A stretch of DNA of 63,193 nucleotides, counting the filler, from Octopus bimaculoides (taxonomy: Eukaryota): NCBI RefSeq assembly GCF_001194135.2. It is 4 parts of 4 records of this genome, joined end to end, with 100 filler letters (N's around TTAATTAATTAA, not from the genome) between each part and the next. Parts side by side here need not be neighbours in the genome. Positions count along the whole stretch, not along the records: positions 37,280 to 63,193 come from NC_069005.1; 3 more parts are not named here. One strand, written 5' to 3'. Positions within the stretch are counted from its first letter, which is position 1. Every line of letters starts with the position of its first letter. Under the pieces are notes generated by a model. That model made no database searches. It was not told where the DNA came from and saw only the letters and a program-made list of their open reading frames with translations. Of this stretch, positions 62,971 through 63,193 are shown piece by piece. The position numbers and the translations under genes were made by a program.

Positions 62971-63193
62971 AATGTGTGTGTGTGTGTATGTGTGTGTGTG
63001 TGTATGTGTGTGTGTGTGTGTAGGTAGGTAGGGAGAGAGAGAGAAAGGCGGGGGTGAGCTTTGTAGATGTACAACAGAGAGACACTTAGATAGACCGACA
63101 TACAGACAGATATTTTCAGAAACAATGTCCAATCAGACTTTTGAAATTCATATAGAATATTCTTTAAAAAAAAAAAATATTTATTGACGTAAA

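Noticed and set aside
838-63132. The many ORF-track entries rich in CV, HT, YI, MYVC, ER, SL or X
   Set aside because: They are translations of di-, tri- and tetranucleotide repeats or read-through of N gaps.

Overview
Eukaryotic, AT-rich, microsatellite-saturated draft scaffold with roughly 7.5 kb of N gaps. The repeat landscape looks like an octopus genome; this is inferred from the repeat style, not from a database hit. I see no intact host protein-coding gene, no true rRNA or tRNA gene and no CRISPR array. Nearly all ORF-track entries are microsatellite or gap read-through. The real coding signal comes from decayed non-LTR retrotransposons: one near-full-length R4/Dong-like element (RT, CCHC knuckle, restriction-like endonuclease) at about 28.6-32.2 kb, further 5'-truncated relatives chained through (AAT)n tracts out to about 35.3 kb and again at 60.1-60.6 kb, a related fragment embedded in (CATA)n at 6.6-7.2 kb, and a CRE-like fragment at 15.1-15.4 kb. 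There are also mariner and hAT derivatives and many tRNA-headed SINEs. The most striking structures are: (1) the microsatellite-linked retroelement chain; (2) a ~285-bp palindrome at 40.2-40.5 kb whose arms each carry a minimal type I hammerhead-ribozyme-like motif; (3) a SINE flanked by a 66-bp direct repeat built of overlapping hairpins; (4) a 350-bp segment, identical by eye, copied into a neighbouring SINE. Boundaries of degenerate repeats are approximate (tens of bp).
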